Assembly: GCA_032718475.1 (NCBI GenBank)
Contig: JAUCBJ010007520.1
Location: 1-64,000 of the forward strand
Direction: 5' to 3'
Length of the DNA stretch: 64,000 nt
Origin: Nemertoderma westbladi
Lineage: Eukaryota; Animalia; Xenacoelomorpha
Under the pieces are notes generated by a model. That model was given only the letters and a program-made list of their open reading frames with translations, was not told the DNA's origin and searched no databases. Shown here in pieces: positions 12,389 through 26,184 of this stretch (position 1 is the stretch's first letter; each line of letters opens with the position of its first letter). Made by a program: the position numbers and the translations under genes.

Positions 12389-13437
12389 CAGGCCCGTAGC
12401 CAGGATTTTTTATTTGGGTAGGCGAGGGAATATCAGGGTAGGCAGGCGCAAATGTTAATTTGGATACATTTTATAATAGATTTAATTGTATACAGTAGGT
12501 AGAAAGCAAACTACAGTAGGGTATACATGGAGTCCGCTATCAGCTCACCATTTGTATACAAAGCACAACATTAGCAAGCGCGAAATCGCGCAGGTCCGCG
12601 TCTACCAGTCTACTAAACTAACGCACGAACTGTCTCCTTGAATGGCTTTACTACCAATCGTACTACCAAGTCACCGGGAAGTGGGATTGAACTCGGTATT
12701 TAGGCCTAGAGAAGTCCAACGCTCTACCAACTTCGCCAATGCGCCATATGAAGCTAAAATTATCTAAACTCAACTAAAATTTTATAAACCTTAAACCCAA
12801 CTGGAAATTAATAAGAAGAACACCATAACACCAACAACGGAGTGAATACTAGAGGTCTTGCTATGTGGACCTAAAAAGGCGGGGGAGAGTTGCAGATAAA
12901 CATCCCTTTTATTGGTAATATAAAACACACTCGACAGAGGTACATACAGTAGCTACATCATACTGTCATAAGAAGATTCTATTCTGAACAAAATACTGTA
13001 TGTACCATTACAGGATGGTTGGGTGCGACTTTCGCCCACTTACAAACTTCACCCGTGTCTAATCTTCGTCCGCGTCCAACCTTCGCCCAATAATTAGAAA
13101 CCATATTAGTTACCAATTCAGGGAAAGGATCAGGTTAAGGAGACGGCTTTTTCTGTAAGGGTGGAGTAGGCCCAACTGTACTGTTGTAGTAGTAACTGTG
13201 TTGGCCTAAGAAAGGTATTATTAAAATAAAAGTAACTTACAATCTGAGCATAATATGTACCGGCGTTTGATTACTACAAGGCTAATGTTTAAAGAAGACG
13301 CATGGAACCAGAAAATAGTTGTGTAAAAATGTAAAATTATTACTAATGAAGTGAAATTTCTTGCAAAAAATTTGGTAGGCGAGACCGACGTTTGGGTAGG
13401 CGGCGCCTACCTTCGCCTTATACTGGCTGCGTGCCTG
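12389..13437. mobile_element. hAT-type non-autonomous element
   Basis: Imperfect TIR CAGGCCCGTAGCCAG / CTGGCTGCGTGCCTG, 8-bp TSD GTGGTACC (12381-12388, 13438-13445), subterminal ggtaggcg repeats. Confidence 0.85.
12674..12745 (-). other. tRNA-derived SINE head or tRNA pseudogene
   Basis: Minus strand ggcgcattggcgaagttggtagagcg...ccgagttcaatccc has A-box and B-box motifs, but the acceptor and anticodon stems do not pair well. Confidence 0.55.
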
Positions 13438-15115
13438 GTGGTACCCATATGCTAAACTCGCTTACTTTCGTGACTCAAATGAATTTGCAAAAATGTTCAA
13501 TTTAGCTGTTACCTAGTGATTGCATGTATTTTGAATGATTGTATTATAAGGGCAGGGCATAGAGTTATTTGCTGATTGGAGAGAAAAAGTTCTCCATAAC
13601 AACGCAGCCATTCAGATTTGCCCATACTTCATACATTCAATTCGCAATGTTACATATAATTAATTCAATGACTGCAAGCGTTCTCCATAGAAACAACTCA
13701 GCAGTTTCTCAGACAAAGATTTCTTTATACTTTCTTCTACCTTAAACTAACATTATTACATATAATTAATTTAAATTGTTGTAGCACCATCCCCATAGTA
13801 ACATCGCAGGTAGTTCTCCTTCCATATCCCCCTACACTTATTACGTTCTACCTTAAACTCATAATGTTGAATATAAATTATTTAATGTATTAAATAATAC
13901 CTGTGCGTGCGCTGCTATATTGAGCATTGATATTAATTATTCATAAACTCTAAGACGGATGATGGTAACTCTTACATTTTTCTGCTTCTTATCGATAAAA
14001 TATATAATATTGGAGAAATTAAAAACAATTAAACATTAGGAAATTAATTTTATATTTGTGATATGTGCTATCCCAAATTAATAAATGTATGTACAGTACA
14101 GTTAACTACTTATCCCGAAATATTTTTCCTTTATTATTATATTAAGATCATACCACATTGTCGAATTCAAATCAATCTAGCTTCGAACATTAAGATAAAT
14201 CAACTGAAGTGTGTGAGTGTTAATTTGTTCAATAATTGTTAATTTAAGTTGTGAATTTATAAAACTCATAATATTTTAACATATTTTTGTGAGTATGTTT
14301 TTATGAGTATTTCAGCCCACATTCCCTTGATCTTTTACACTTTCCACAAATGGCAAGAAATTCAAGGCGAAAGTTGTGTGTCTTATTGACTGTATCATTT
14401 CAGTGTGAATGGTGCAGTTCTGTATTGTGGTCATTGCAGCAACCACTAAGCCATCCAAAGGAACTTAAAACCTCTGATGTTCTCTTTCTGATCCTGAAAT
14501 CACTATGTCCGCCCATTCCCTAGCCAATCAAATGACAACCATTGGGACTGTTGACATCTCTTATGCATTACGCAGCTGCTTTCTCCTCTAATATCCATAT
14601 TGCACCCGGACTCACTGAAACAGCCCACTTCCCTACATAGGTGATGGAGTGCATCCCTATTTATAGGGAAATAGGTGTGTACACCTATTTCCCCCAGAAC
14701 TGCCTTAAATATCACACTTTGCAACAAAGACAATGACTGACAATCTCAGCAATGATAATAGCAAATAATTTGATGATTGAAAGGCACAGGGGAGTTCCCT
14801 AAGATCGGAATGTAGAAGCTGATTAGCATCAGATAGAAGATTTTTCATTTTATTAAAATGGTTACCTTCAGGTCACCAACCCAGTGTGTTCCATTATTAG
14901 GTTGTTCAACTGAAACAGAGAGCTTCAGTTAATGAAGTACATTTTGAATTACTACGCTGCTGCCAGGTGCAACAGCTATTTGAATCTTGATGTAAGAGAT
15001 TGAAAAAGTGCACCCTTGATGAGGATGGAACACTATATCATCACAAATCCACAATCTCCTAGGGGCAAATTCAGTTCTTCAATCACTCCTTTGCATCATA
15101 GAGAATGAGTAAAGT

Positions 15116-15760
15116 ATGACAAAGAAATCATACAATAAGCTAAATAAAGAACTGTCATTTGAACGCCAGGCGAGATCTTTACTTGAGGCCAAACTTGAAG
15201 TAATCAACAGAGTAGATAACACATTTAGTGATTCAAATTCTCAGTACATTGTTACAGACTCTATCAAATCTCCAATTCGAGAGGACAATAATCCCCACAT
15301 CTGAAATAAAGTCACCAATAAGATATCTTCATCCAATGCTACTGCCAACAACAGAGGATTTGACACTTCTGGCTTCAATGCATAATATCCATAACCGGTT
15401 TGCATGCCTCAATTTTGATAACAGCACTGAAGTCTTGTACATGAATGAACCAACAGGAATTCAACAACACCTTCACTGATTGCAAATGATTCAGTACATC
15501 AACCCATTCCAAGTCCTTTGTAGAAAAGTTATCCTCTCTAAACAACAAGAAAAACTAAATACACTAAACTTAACAACACCTACAATGTCAACCCCATACA
15601 TTGCATACTGTAGTTGCCAACAAATAAGAACTCCAAGAACATGAAAGTTGAGGTAAGGAATGAGAAGGTATCTTCTATCTTTAGTAAACCCTGAAGGCTT
15701 CTGGCCAGTTGGTATTATCTGCAGAGAATGGAAATACAATCCTAGATACTCATACAAACC
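15116..15760 (+). pseudogene. Degenerate LINE ORF1 remnant (CR1/L2-like)
   Basis: Coiled-coil-like fragment, NRFACL motif, and SLVNPEGFWPVGIICREW (~15677-15733), which resembles the FWPxG-x-x-x-R-x-W/F end of such ORF1 proteins. Many stops. Confidence 0.35.
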
Positions 15761-16127
15761 TTTCAACTATCCACCTGCAAGCACCAAGTAATGGCGAGAG
15801 AGGAGTAGGGCACAGAAACTGATGGATTCTTTGTGAATTTCGCAAACGTGAACATTAATGTTTTTTATGATAGCTAGTGTTTTTTTGCTAGCTAGTATTT
15901 TTTCGAAATTATAAAAAAATGTGAATGCCGTGAAAATGTGAATGATGATGTCAAAAATTACTAGCTAGTAAAAAATACTAGCTACCATAAAATCTACTAA
16001 GGTTCTAGAACATTCAATAATATAAAAAAACATTCAAAAACAATATTAATTTTTTTTAAATAGATTATTATCAAAATTATTAAAGAAACATTTTTATAGT
16101 CAAATTTTGTTTGTTTTTCTTTTAATT

Positions 16128-16255
16128 GGGGGCTGCCGCCCCCAAACCCCCGCTTCTTAGGTTGGAGGCTGCCTCCCCCAAACCCCCACTTCTTTTGTTG
16201 GGGGCTGCCGTCCCCAAACCCCCGCTTCTTTGGTTGGGGTTTGCCGTCCCCAAGC
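16128..16255. repeat. 36-bp GC-rich tandem repeat (gggggctgccgcccccaaacccccgcttc...), ~4 copies
   Basis: Directly visible; explains the repetitive ORF 15997..16389. Confidence 0.85.
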
Positions 16256-16662
16256 ACCGGCCTTTTCCTTATGTGTTCGTGGTGTAAGACTATGAGACCA
16301 TTTTGAAATAATTCATTCATGTTTTTATCATCAGATAATAAATTGACTAAGCCTAAAGTAGGACCTGTATTGAATGTTAACCAAACCAATATATAAATTA
16401 CTACAATATTATTAATTCAACAAAATCCCATTAAAAATATTGCAAGTAAACAGGAAATTTAATTAATTTATCAATATGTAATGCTGAACACAGAATACAG
16501 GTCGACGCATGTCGATTTTACCCTGGAGAGGTATAATTTTGATTGCATCAATAATATTCATCCCCATCTGCTACAATTTGAAGAAGACTATTACATAATA
16601 ATACCTATAATTAAAACAATTAATTATTATAATTCTATAGTTAATAAAAGTATATACATAAT

Positions 16663-16966
16663 AAAATCCATAAATAAAAATTGGATACAAAATGTAAAAA
16701 CGGGATGCAAAAGATCACTTTCTGAGCTAAGAAAGGAAAATTGGATACAACTTGTCTGGATACAAGCGGTCCATTTACCATACAAAATGAAAAATAAGAA
16801 TGTGCGAAGATAAGAACAGTCGAGGGGGAAGTGTCCGGGGGGGGGGGGGGGGGGGGGGGTGGGTGTCTGAGGGTAAGTGTCCGGGGGGAAGTGTCCTACT
16901 TGAACGGGGGGGAACTATCCGGGGGGGGGGGGGGGGGAGTGTCCGGGGGGGAAGTGTCCGAACACC
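16663..16966. repeat. End fragment of an interspersed repeat with ggggggaagtgtcc subterminal arrays; second copy at ~33271-33490
   Basis: aaatccataaataaaa...ggatacaagcggtcc...caaaatgaaaaataa is shared with 33271-33409, and both are followed by G-rich tgtcc units. Confidence 0.7.
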
Positions 16967-17445
16967 AGACAAGGCACATATCAATATTATTATGTCAATC
17001 CTATTATCCAACTACACATCAGTCAAGATACAATACAAACAAACAAACTTCCAAACTAACTAGAATGCCCACCACTAATCCAAAATTCCCACCACCAATT
17101 TTGAATTTTAGGAATTCAGAAGCATTAGTTTGATCAGATTGAGTGTAAAGTTCTGTTGGATGACCTTGACAATCGCTTTTATTGTAACTATTCACCTGGA
17201 TCTGCAATGTGTAATCCCGAAAGAATACGTGGATATGGTGGTGTTGCATGTTTGTAAAAAGAACTGTGCCGTAATTTGCAAAGAATCAACAATAATGAGT
17301 CAACAATCATTGACCTGACTTTATTAATAATTAACACACAGTGTAATTGTATTACAAACAGAGATATATTGAAGGTCAACCAGGATTCGCCTTAGTTTAG
17401 CTTATCTGGTAGGAATGATACCAATTAGATTGCACTTTAGATAAA

Positions 17446-17655
17446 AATTTTGGTGCTGCAATATAACCACCCCAGTACATTTTTTCGAAATTTTTTTTTT
17501 TTCGGTCGGATCCAGACAAGTGATACCTACGTACAAACAAAAAATCAGACGTTATCGTAAATATTTGTAGATTTTAGAGGGGGGGGGTCAATATGAGCCC
17601 CCCCCCCCCCCCCCCCGGTATTTGTACAACATTTTATAGCCCGGTACTAATAGGG
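17446..17655. mobile_element. Orphan right end of the 37352-42336 piggyBac-type MITE family
   Basis: Near-identical to 42127-42336 and ends cccggtactaataggg|TTAA. Confidence 0.85.
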
Positions 17656-18467
17656 TTAAAATATACAGTACTCAAGAATCCAATAATCAGTATTACCAGT
17701 AATCATTATTCACATGTCTGCATGTCTTATATATTGACAGAAGACTGAATCGCTGTTACTGATTTAGGATTTATAATTACCCACATCAGTAGTACAGCTC
17801 TGTACCAGTAGTCAAGTTGCTGCTTTACAGATTAACACTGGAACTGCAGCATCCTAACTACAGTTATTAAACAGATCGGACGCAGAGCTAAAATATTATT
17901 AAAGCAGTATTGTCCGACAGTATTCCAAGATAATAAGACTTGGTATATTAACACCCATCGGCCTATCCATATTACAGGGCTAAAATCCTGTGGGTTGGCA
18001 ATACTCATTTTTACCAAGTGTTTATATATTCATGTATTCAATCAAATGTAGGAATGCCTATAAGGCTATTTCGGGCTAAGGCAAATAATCTGTAATTATA
18101 CCGTGCTATTACAGTATTACTGCTCCAGGGAAAGTAAGTCAGTAAGTTGTCATACAATATAAAAATATATAAATGTTGAAAGTTTTTTATATTCTTTATC
18201 AAGAAATCCCTAGAATTACATTCCCTTACGCCTTACTTCTACATATATCTTGAATATAAGCCGATCGGTCAACCTTACTACTGCGGAATTGATGAGCGTT
18301 AATATATTTAGGTTTACATACAAATTATCGTTCAACCAGGTCGCGAACCCCCTTAGCCTGTCTGTAAACGCCACTAAGTTAAAACCTGGTGGTTTTCCCT
18401 CAATATCTGGAACAAGAACGTTGTCTCTGAACGAACTCACACGTATCAAATCACATTGACTATTATT

Positions 18468-18616
18468 GGATCCGCATATCCGCGGATACTACTGGGAACT
18501 GTCGTTGCTTCTATGGGATCCGCATATCCGCATACTACTGGGAACTGTCGTTGCTTCTATGGGATCCGCATATCCGCATACTACTGGGAACTGTCGTTGC
18601 TTCTATGGGATCCGCA
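18468..18616. repeat. 46-bp tandem repeat, ~3 copies
   Basis: Unit ggatccgcatatccgcatactactgggaactgtcgttgcttctatg, starting at ~18468, 18516 and 18562. Confidence 0.9.
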
Positions 18617-19938
18617 ACAGTATCCAAGGATTTTGCTGGTGTCCTCGTTTTACAAGAGTTCGTTAAGAATGGGTGAAATTCCAAATAGTAATAAAGGACG
18701 GTCATTCGGGAATTGGGGAAACTATAAAGGAAATATTTTTGCGGGTTAATATTTATTGTTATTACATATATCATAAATATATATTATTCTAACATTATAT
18801 TATTCTCACATTATAAATATGTGGGCCTCGAGTAAAAACCGTCTATATCGAGTTTCAGGCATTATGAGATATATGCCTATTAAGTGAAGACTGCTCTAAT
18901 TACAAAACCGTCTATGTCCAGATGGATATAGACGGTTTTTACTATAGAGCCACGAACAGTGCATTAAATGAAACGTGCAGTGCAATACATAAATAGGCAT
19001 CTATAATTTAACCTAGCTGCTAGATAGATCGATTTCTTAATTATTTACAATTTACAATTATGTTTTCTGATTTCAACTTTGGTCCAAAAGGTCAATTAGT
19101 GCTATTTAAATATCCCAATAGAATACTTAAAATACATAACATATTATACACACTGTAGGAATGTCTGTATAGGTGCTATTAGTGCTCACAGAGTGTGAAG
19201 CTTGTACAGGTTTTTATTGCGATCCAAATAGGTATTGTACTCATTGTGTCAGACAAACAGACTGACAATAATGATGATTTGGATGTATGCTCAGTCTTAG
19301 TGGATCTCCCTAACTTACAATTCACAGTCAGCATGCGCTATGCTCTAAGCCCATAATGTATTACTTAGTATAATAATTAAATACATATATTACTATCATA
19401 ATTAGTTTGTGAAATATAATTATATATATATTGATTGATAAGCGGTGTAACTAGGTGCAATGAATTACGGTTTGTTAGTTTTTTGGATAAAATATAGTTG
19501 CTTTAGCTTGGGGCCCAAAAAGGGCTCTGTGAATGGTTCATTGGAATGAGGCATAAATTCCTATAGCATTATTGAACTAAATGTCAACTGCTATAGTTTA
19601 AGTAAATGGTAGTTTATGACTGCACTATAGATATCCATTAAAGTACATATTATATCGTATATCTATTTTATATAATTTTTAAGTAACCAATCGTTAGTAC
19701 GAAAGTCAATAAACCCTCGTCAACTAAGAAAATGTAATGTAAATGGAAAGAGAAAATACCCTGCATTCGATTCATCAGTGAACCTTGATACCATGGTTAC
19801 CATGTTTTATCTAATAGTTAATTCAGACAACAAATCTTTTATGTCACAAGCCATCAGTTATGAATTTGAAAAGTGCTTTATAATAAATCAATTTTAACAA
19901 GGATAGTCAGTCAAATTACATATCCAATGCAAATCTAG

Positions 19939-20768
19939 TCAAATATATATATATCCAAGAAAGGAGAGAACTAAAATGGTAAACTTATCCGCATTTGTAT
20001 TTGGGCAAGCATCCTCCGTAATTTCCAAGGTAGTTGGAACTGTGTGTGAAGTTGATGGTTCTTCTGTGGTTGCAGTAGTCGTAGATGGAGGCTTAATAAT
20101 TGTTCCATTTGATCTGTGTATAATTTCAAAAACAAACATAGCCACTCCTTTAGAGGCAAAAACTATGCGGTGTTTCCCCCCTGCTAGATATTGGACAAAC
20201 CCGTTATCCAGACCTTCCAAGATACTTTCATGCTCATCTTCGTAAATGATAATGGAAATAGATCTTACTCCATAAATAATACCAGCATCATAGCAACCCT
20301 TGAATTCGTGTACATCGATAAGCAGATCTTGAAATAATGGAAACTCAGATTTGATTGCCTCTTCAATATCATTTTTTGTGATTTCAATGCATGGGTTGTA
20401 AGTGATGTTGTATGTAAATGTTACCTGACACTGGGTGCCAATGTACTCGAATGTAACATCTCCAACTGTAAAGGTCGGGGGTGGTTCTGATTCCGACGCA
20501 GCTACCGCCAATATTTCAACTAGGCCGCTATTAGTGATCACCTGATCACCTGTACTTGTATACTCGTTTTCAACAATTATTGATCCACATTTTATGTTCT
20601 TCACCACGAATGTAACATTTACAAGCGCGGTATTATGGGAAATGCCCGTTTGAAGGTTATTCGTATGATATGTAATGAAGGCTTCTTTTACTGTATCATT
20701 AGCTAGTAATAAGCAATCTCCTTCATACTTTGTTTCTGTATAGGCCTTAGCTGGCAGTGGTTTGGCAC
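19939..20768 (-). CDS. Terminal exon of an EGF/SEA mucin-like surface protein, probably GPI-anchored
   Basis: Acceptor ttcttgcAG at 20770-20769 in phase 1; open to the stop at 19939. SEA-type motif VKNIKCGSIIVE, Thr/Ser/Pro stalk, and hydrophobic tail FTILVLSFLGYIYI*. Confidence 0.7.
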
Positions 20769-22216
20769 CTGCAAGAATTATTTTATATAATTTAATTTCA
20801 TAAATGAATTGATAATTTGTTAAGAATTATTTCTTTTTCTACAAAGCATTACAACTTAAAATACAGGATTGAATTATCATATAATAATAATTGTGTTTAT
20901 TAGTTAAGTTAAAATCCTTTAATTACAGACATACGGTACAACCCACAAGCTGCACATCCAAACAAGTATTATCTATCGTCATCAACCTACCTATACTACG
21001 AATTGCTTGCCCATCTACTGTTCAGTTTCTCTACATAGATTTTAATTTCCTTAAATAATTTTATTAGGAGTGATCGTCAAACAACTTCTACGAAATTTCA
21101 GATTTTCTCCCTCGTATGATAATACATTTATCTAATAATATGATGTTTGTTCCCTCCTCAAACAAGTTTCAAATTTGAAAATTTTAACGGTAAGTGGAAT
21201 ATTTCAGTTTAATATGATAAGATTGATATTTAATTAATGGTTTTCTAATAGCAAAAATGCATATGCATTTATGATACATTGTATCAATAATATTTGTGGC
21301 TGGAATTCATATATACTTAATGTTTAAAATATTCTACAATTTTATGGTCCCAGAAGATAAAATGTTTTACCCACATTTAAAATTACCGTTGACCAATTAT
21401 TTGCATGAATTCTACCAAACAATAAGGGGATACATGAATTTAGACTTTTTTCCTATTGATATTCTGTGGTGTTGCTGCAGTTATAAATCCTGCCTTTAAA
21501 AATACTTATTTTACCAATTTACCCAAAATACTGTATAAAGGACCAGTTACGGTATCATATTGATTTGTTTCTTACAAATTATTCTTTAGTAAAGGTTCTT
21601 ACGCTAGCTAGTGCTATTACACCTATATTCGATCTAATATTGTTCGAACGCCTACTAAGCCTCAAATGGAATGCGTGATGCTTATTGGCTATGCTCCTTG
21701 CTGATAAAAGCTAGTATATAAGTGCGGTTGTGCTATGATTGATTTTACTCAATTATTAATTATTGATTATTATTAATTATTGTTTGACAGAAGAAGTCGC
21801 ACTGCCCATGCAGAGGCTTTGATCCCCGGTCAAGTTTAATTGACTGGTGGTTATTACAGGCCTAAGGTCTAAACTTAAAGAGTTAATAATTGAATTATAA
21901 TTATTCATCGCTACATTGTATATTCTACTGGTTTATTTAATTTATCTTTATTATTTGCTTAATATATCGCCGATATTACGTAATCAAGGAGGTTGTAAAC
22001 GCGCCACAACAGGTGGGTTGCTGTAACTAAGTATCAGTGATAATCTGGACAACTGTATCAGATTTGTGTGTTGTCATATCTCTGACTTACTAAATAATTA
22101 ATATATGGCGATATTTCAGACCATTAATATAAGCAAGGCTCTTATTATTAATTACATCACGATTGAGAGTTGTCATAAATTGAATTATTTCTTTTTCTAC
22201 AAAGCATTACAACTTA

Positions 22217-25110
22217 CATCTCTTAACCGATCTCCACCGGGCCGCCGACCTGCATGGGACCGCCGACCTCCACCGGGCCGCCAACCTCCACCGGGCCGCC
22301 GACCTCCACGGGGCCGCCGATTAGAACACAACTAATCGCCACCCTATGGAATATAGAGGGGTTGAATAATGTTCTACGACTTTCTCATAACGATTCTGTT
22401 TTCAACAGCGATATCTTAATGATGAATGAAACTCTGGATACCGACTCGGTTAGCATTCCGGGGTTCTACATATACGAATCGCTAGCGGTTAAGCCGGGTG
22501 GCCGGGGTAGACCGTCGGGCAGTATTGTAATCGCAGTAAAGCCACACTTGAACCCTAAATTACTGGCTTCACATAAATCATTCATAGTTGTCTCTACAGA
22601 CCAAGCGATTTGGATATGCTGCTACTTCCCACCGAGCACAGCACTGGAAGACTTTATCGAGGAAGTTCTTTGCGTGATGGATGAAATATCGCCCAACTAT
22701 ATCGGTCCGATCATAATGTGTGGCGACTTCAACGCACGACAGGATATCGATGGCAATAACAAAGCAACAGCCCTTAACAAAATCACGGAAGACGCAGGTT
22801 TATCGCTGCAGTCAAACCCACTTGTGGCAACATACATCTGCCATAATGGCAGCAGCGTCATAGATTTAGTCTACTCCAACAAAACAGCCCGCAGCGCCAC
22901 CTGTATACCGAACGGTTTAAGGAAGCACATCCCGGTCAAAACAGTTTGGGACTTCGATATATTAGACAATACACCTCCAAATCGAGAACCAAATCGGAAA
23001 CGAGAACTTAAAAGCGAAGCTCTAGGAAACGACTGTCGCTTACTCGAGGCAAATGCTCTCCTCCAGCAAAACAAAATTGATGAGGCTTATACGAGCCTAT
23101 CTAGTGCCATCTTAGAGGCTGCGCCTCTAAAGAAGACAACAAACCACTTCTCCAAACCGTGGTTTAACACTAAATGCTACGCCTAACGGCGAGAAGTGCT
23201 AGCCCTGAATAACTCAGCAAAGACTGACCCTTCCATTCGACCCGCACTAAATGTGGCCAGGCGGGAATATAAGAAGCTCCTTAACGATAAACTTAACGAG
23301 TTTACACTGCTATCCGAACAGAAACTCCTCGAACAACCATACAAATGGTGTAGAAATAATAAAGAGCAAGGGAGCTGTCCGGTAACATTAGAAGTATGGG
23401 AAAATCATTTCAGCAGGGTCCTACAACGCGATGATTTTGTAGAACATTCATTAGAGCATTCGGACGTCAATATAACAGATGAAATATCGGAATCAGATAT
23501 CAATGACTCCCCTCTATTCACTGAAGAAGAAGTAGAAGCAATCATTAGAGAAAAACCGTCTGGCAAATCGGGAGGTCCTGACCGACTGCCATACGAGCTG
23601 TTCAAGGCCGCGTTACCACTCACCCTTCTCCTGTGGACGACGTTGTTCAACCTCTGCTTATCCACCGGCACTCTAGTGACATCTTGGAAGTCCAGCATTA
23701 TGCAAGTATTGTACAAAGGCAAAGGGTCTAGGTCAGACCTAAATTACTATAGGGGTATAGCCTTACTGTGCAATGCATTTAAGATACTAACTAGTCTCGT
23801 CAAGAAACGCCTTCGTAAACTCGTCTCACATCGGATTCCCCCAGATCAATTTGGTTTCATGCCAGGCAGGTCCACAGCTACCCCACTCGCGCAGTTTATC
23901 AACTGTATACACAGCACTCTGTCGTCACGCGGTATACATAGATTTCAGTAAAGCGTTTGACAGCGTTCCACGTGCCCGGTTACTGTTTAAACTACAATAC
24001 ACGTTCAACATATGAGGAAACTTACTGCGGATAATCAAGGCAATCTTGAACACGAACTACATTCAAATTTTCGACGGTTTATGTAAATCTAAAATAATAA
24101 AACAAACACGAGGCGTACTTCAAGGTGACACCCTTAGCCCATTGTTTTTCATCTTATACATTTTTGATATTGTAGACTTCATCAAACTTGCTACCATCCA
24201 TATCGCGGAGATTTTTGTGCTGCTGTTCGCAGACGATCTATTATTCTATAGTGAATCCAGGGAAGCCGTACAGGCTGGCTTAGATGCCACAGCAACATGG
24301 GCAGCCGACAACGGACTCGAAGTAAACCTCAGCAAGACAGCCGTGATGAAGTTCCGTCAGGGTGGCCGATTGGCCGCCTCTGATAAATTCACATATAATG
24401 GCGATCCAGTAAATATTAAGAACTCATACAAATATCTAGGCATTACCTTCCAGTGTACACTATCATTCACCAAACACATAACAACTACTTTTACAAAGGC
24501 CATCACAGTAACCCACTACAAAAGAATCCGAAATTACTTTCAGTTTCAACAGCCACCAAGTTATTCAAACTGAAAGTACTACCGATCGTTCTGTACAGCC
24601 TAAGAGAAATGTGGCCTCACTTATCGCCAGCAAACCTACACACAATAGATAAAATTAAATCATCTTTCCTAAAGAAAGTTCTGGGACTCCACAAAACTAC
24701 TCACAACTGCTTAGTCTTGGAAATATGCAAAGAAAACAATCTGGTAATCGATATTGTGAAGCAACTAAACCTCACAAACACACCGGAATATCTGGAGTAC
24801 CTTTACTCAGTACGAAATAAAATATCAGAAATACCACCAGAGTTCTATAATTCCATCGCATTCCGTGACAGGCGATGGACGGGCCCCAACTACAAAAACA
24901 GACACGTTGTATGCAGATTCGGGGTGCATGGCTTCCACCACCTCATATGCTGTACACAAGGATATCATGACCTCGCTGATAACTGCACCTGCCGTCTCTG
25001 CGGCGACGCCATATTGCGGATCCACTTATTAGATTGCCCGAGAAACACCAGGACTCTGTCAGATTGGGCAACAACGGGATAACAATTCCTCAGCTACACC
25101 GGACTCACTC
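22217..25110 (+). mobile_element. Non-LTR retrotransposon ORF2 (APE + RT + C-terminal Cys/His), RTEX/RTE-group-like, pseudogenised
   Basis: WNIEGL, GDFNAR and SVIDL (APE); YRGIAL, QFGF, IDFSKAFD, GVLQGD, FADD, YKYLG (RT); HGFHH...CRLC...HLLDC. Stops at 23184 and ~24013, frameshifts near 23935 and 24513. 18-bp repeats at 22232-22320. Confidence 0.85.
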
Positions 25111-26184
25111 AGCCCCCCCCCCCCCCCCCCCCCCCCGCTCGTTTTTAACCCCTTGAGGACACTGGTACACTGGTGTACCATAAAAATAAACACGTATGCT
25201 GGTAACATACCTACATGAATGTCAAGAATATAATAATTTTCGTGTAGTATAGATTTTGTTTTGTAAATATTGATTTATTTACACCACAATGTGTTGAGGT
25301 GGTTGTTTTTTTTGTTTTTTTTTTGCGCCCATAAATTTTGGATCCGCTCAACCATGAAAAAAGCTTCTCAAAAAGAACCTTGACTACGTTGTTGATAACC
25401 TTTTCGAAAAAAAATGTGATGTTAGATAATAAATGATGATACTCATTGACTTTTGGTTACAATAAATGTTGTCTGATAACTGCCTTGTGTCGTTTTTCAT
25501 GTTTGGACACAGGTGTACCTGGTGTCATCAAAGGGGTTGTTCTCATTCAGCCCTTATCGTCTGTTATCATGTATGTACGGTAGGTAGATACACATGCTGT
25601 CATAAATAAGCATATCCCAGTACCGGTAGCCAGTAGGCCTATACCACTAATTATATTGGTTGTCACTGCGTTGTTTTGTACCGGTACTGCAGTACCCTTT
25701 GCGGCCCCTATAGTCTGTCATCATGTATGTACGGTACAGTGTTAGGTAGATACACCTGCTGTCATAAATAAGCATATCCCAGTACCAGTAGCCAGTAGGC
25801 CTATACCGCTAATTATATTGGTTGTCACTGCATTGTTTTGTACCGGTACTGCAGTACCCTTTGCGGCCCCTATAGTCTGTCATCATGTATGTACGGTACA
25901 GTGTTAGGTAGATACACCTGCTGTCATAAATAAGCATATCCCAGTACCAGTAGCCAGTAGGCCTATACTGCTAATTATATTGGTTGTCACTCCATTGTTT
26001 TGTACCGGTACTGCAGTACCCTTTGTGGCCCTTATCGTCTGTCATCATGTATGTATGGTAGGTAGATACACCTGCTGTCATAAATAAGCATATCGCAGTA
26101 CCGGTAGCCAGTAGGCCTATACCGCTAATTATATTGGTTGTCACTGCGTTGTTTTGTGCCGGTACTGCAGTACCCTTTGCAGCA

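Noticed and set aside
16775-17133. Gly/Pro-rich ORFs and long G/C homopolymers here and at ~3035, 25115, 33445, 36010, 42260 and 57485
   Set aside because: Low-complexity tracts, mostly at repeat ends; lengths may be sequencing-dependent; not proteins.
19984-19992. Possible mutated splice donor (gcgg|ataagt) near the end of the SEA exon
   Set aside because: Not a GT/GC donor; read-through gives a plausible GPI-type hydrophobic tail and stop.
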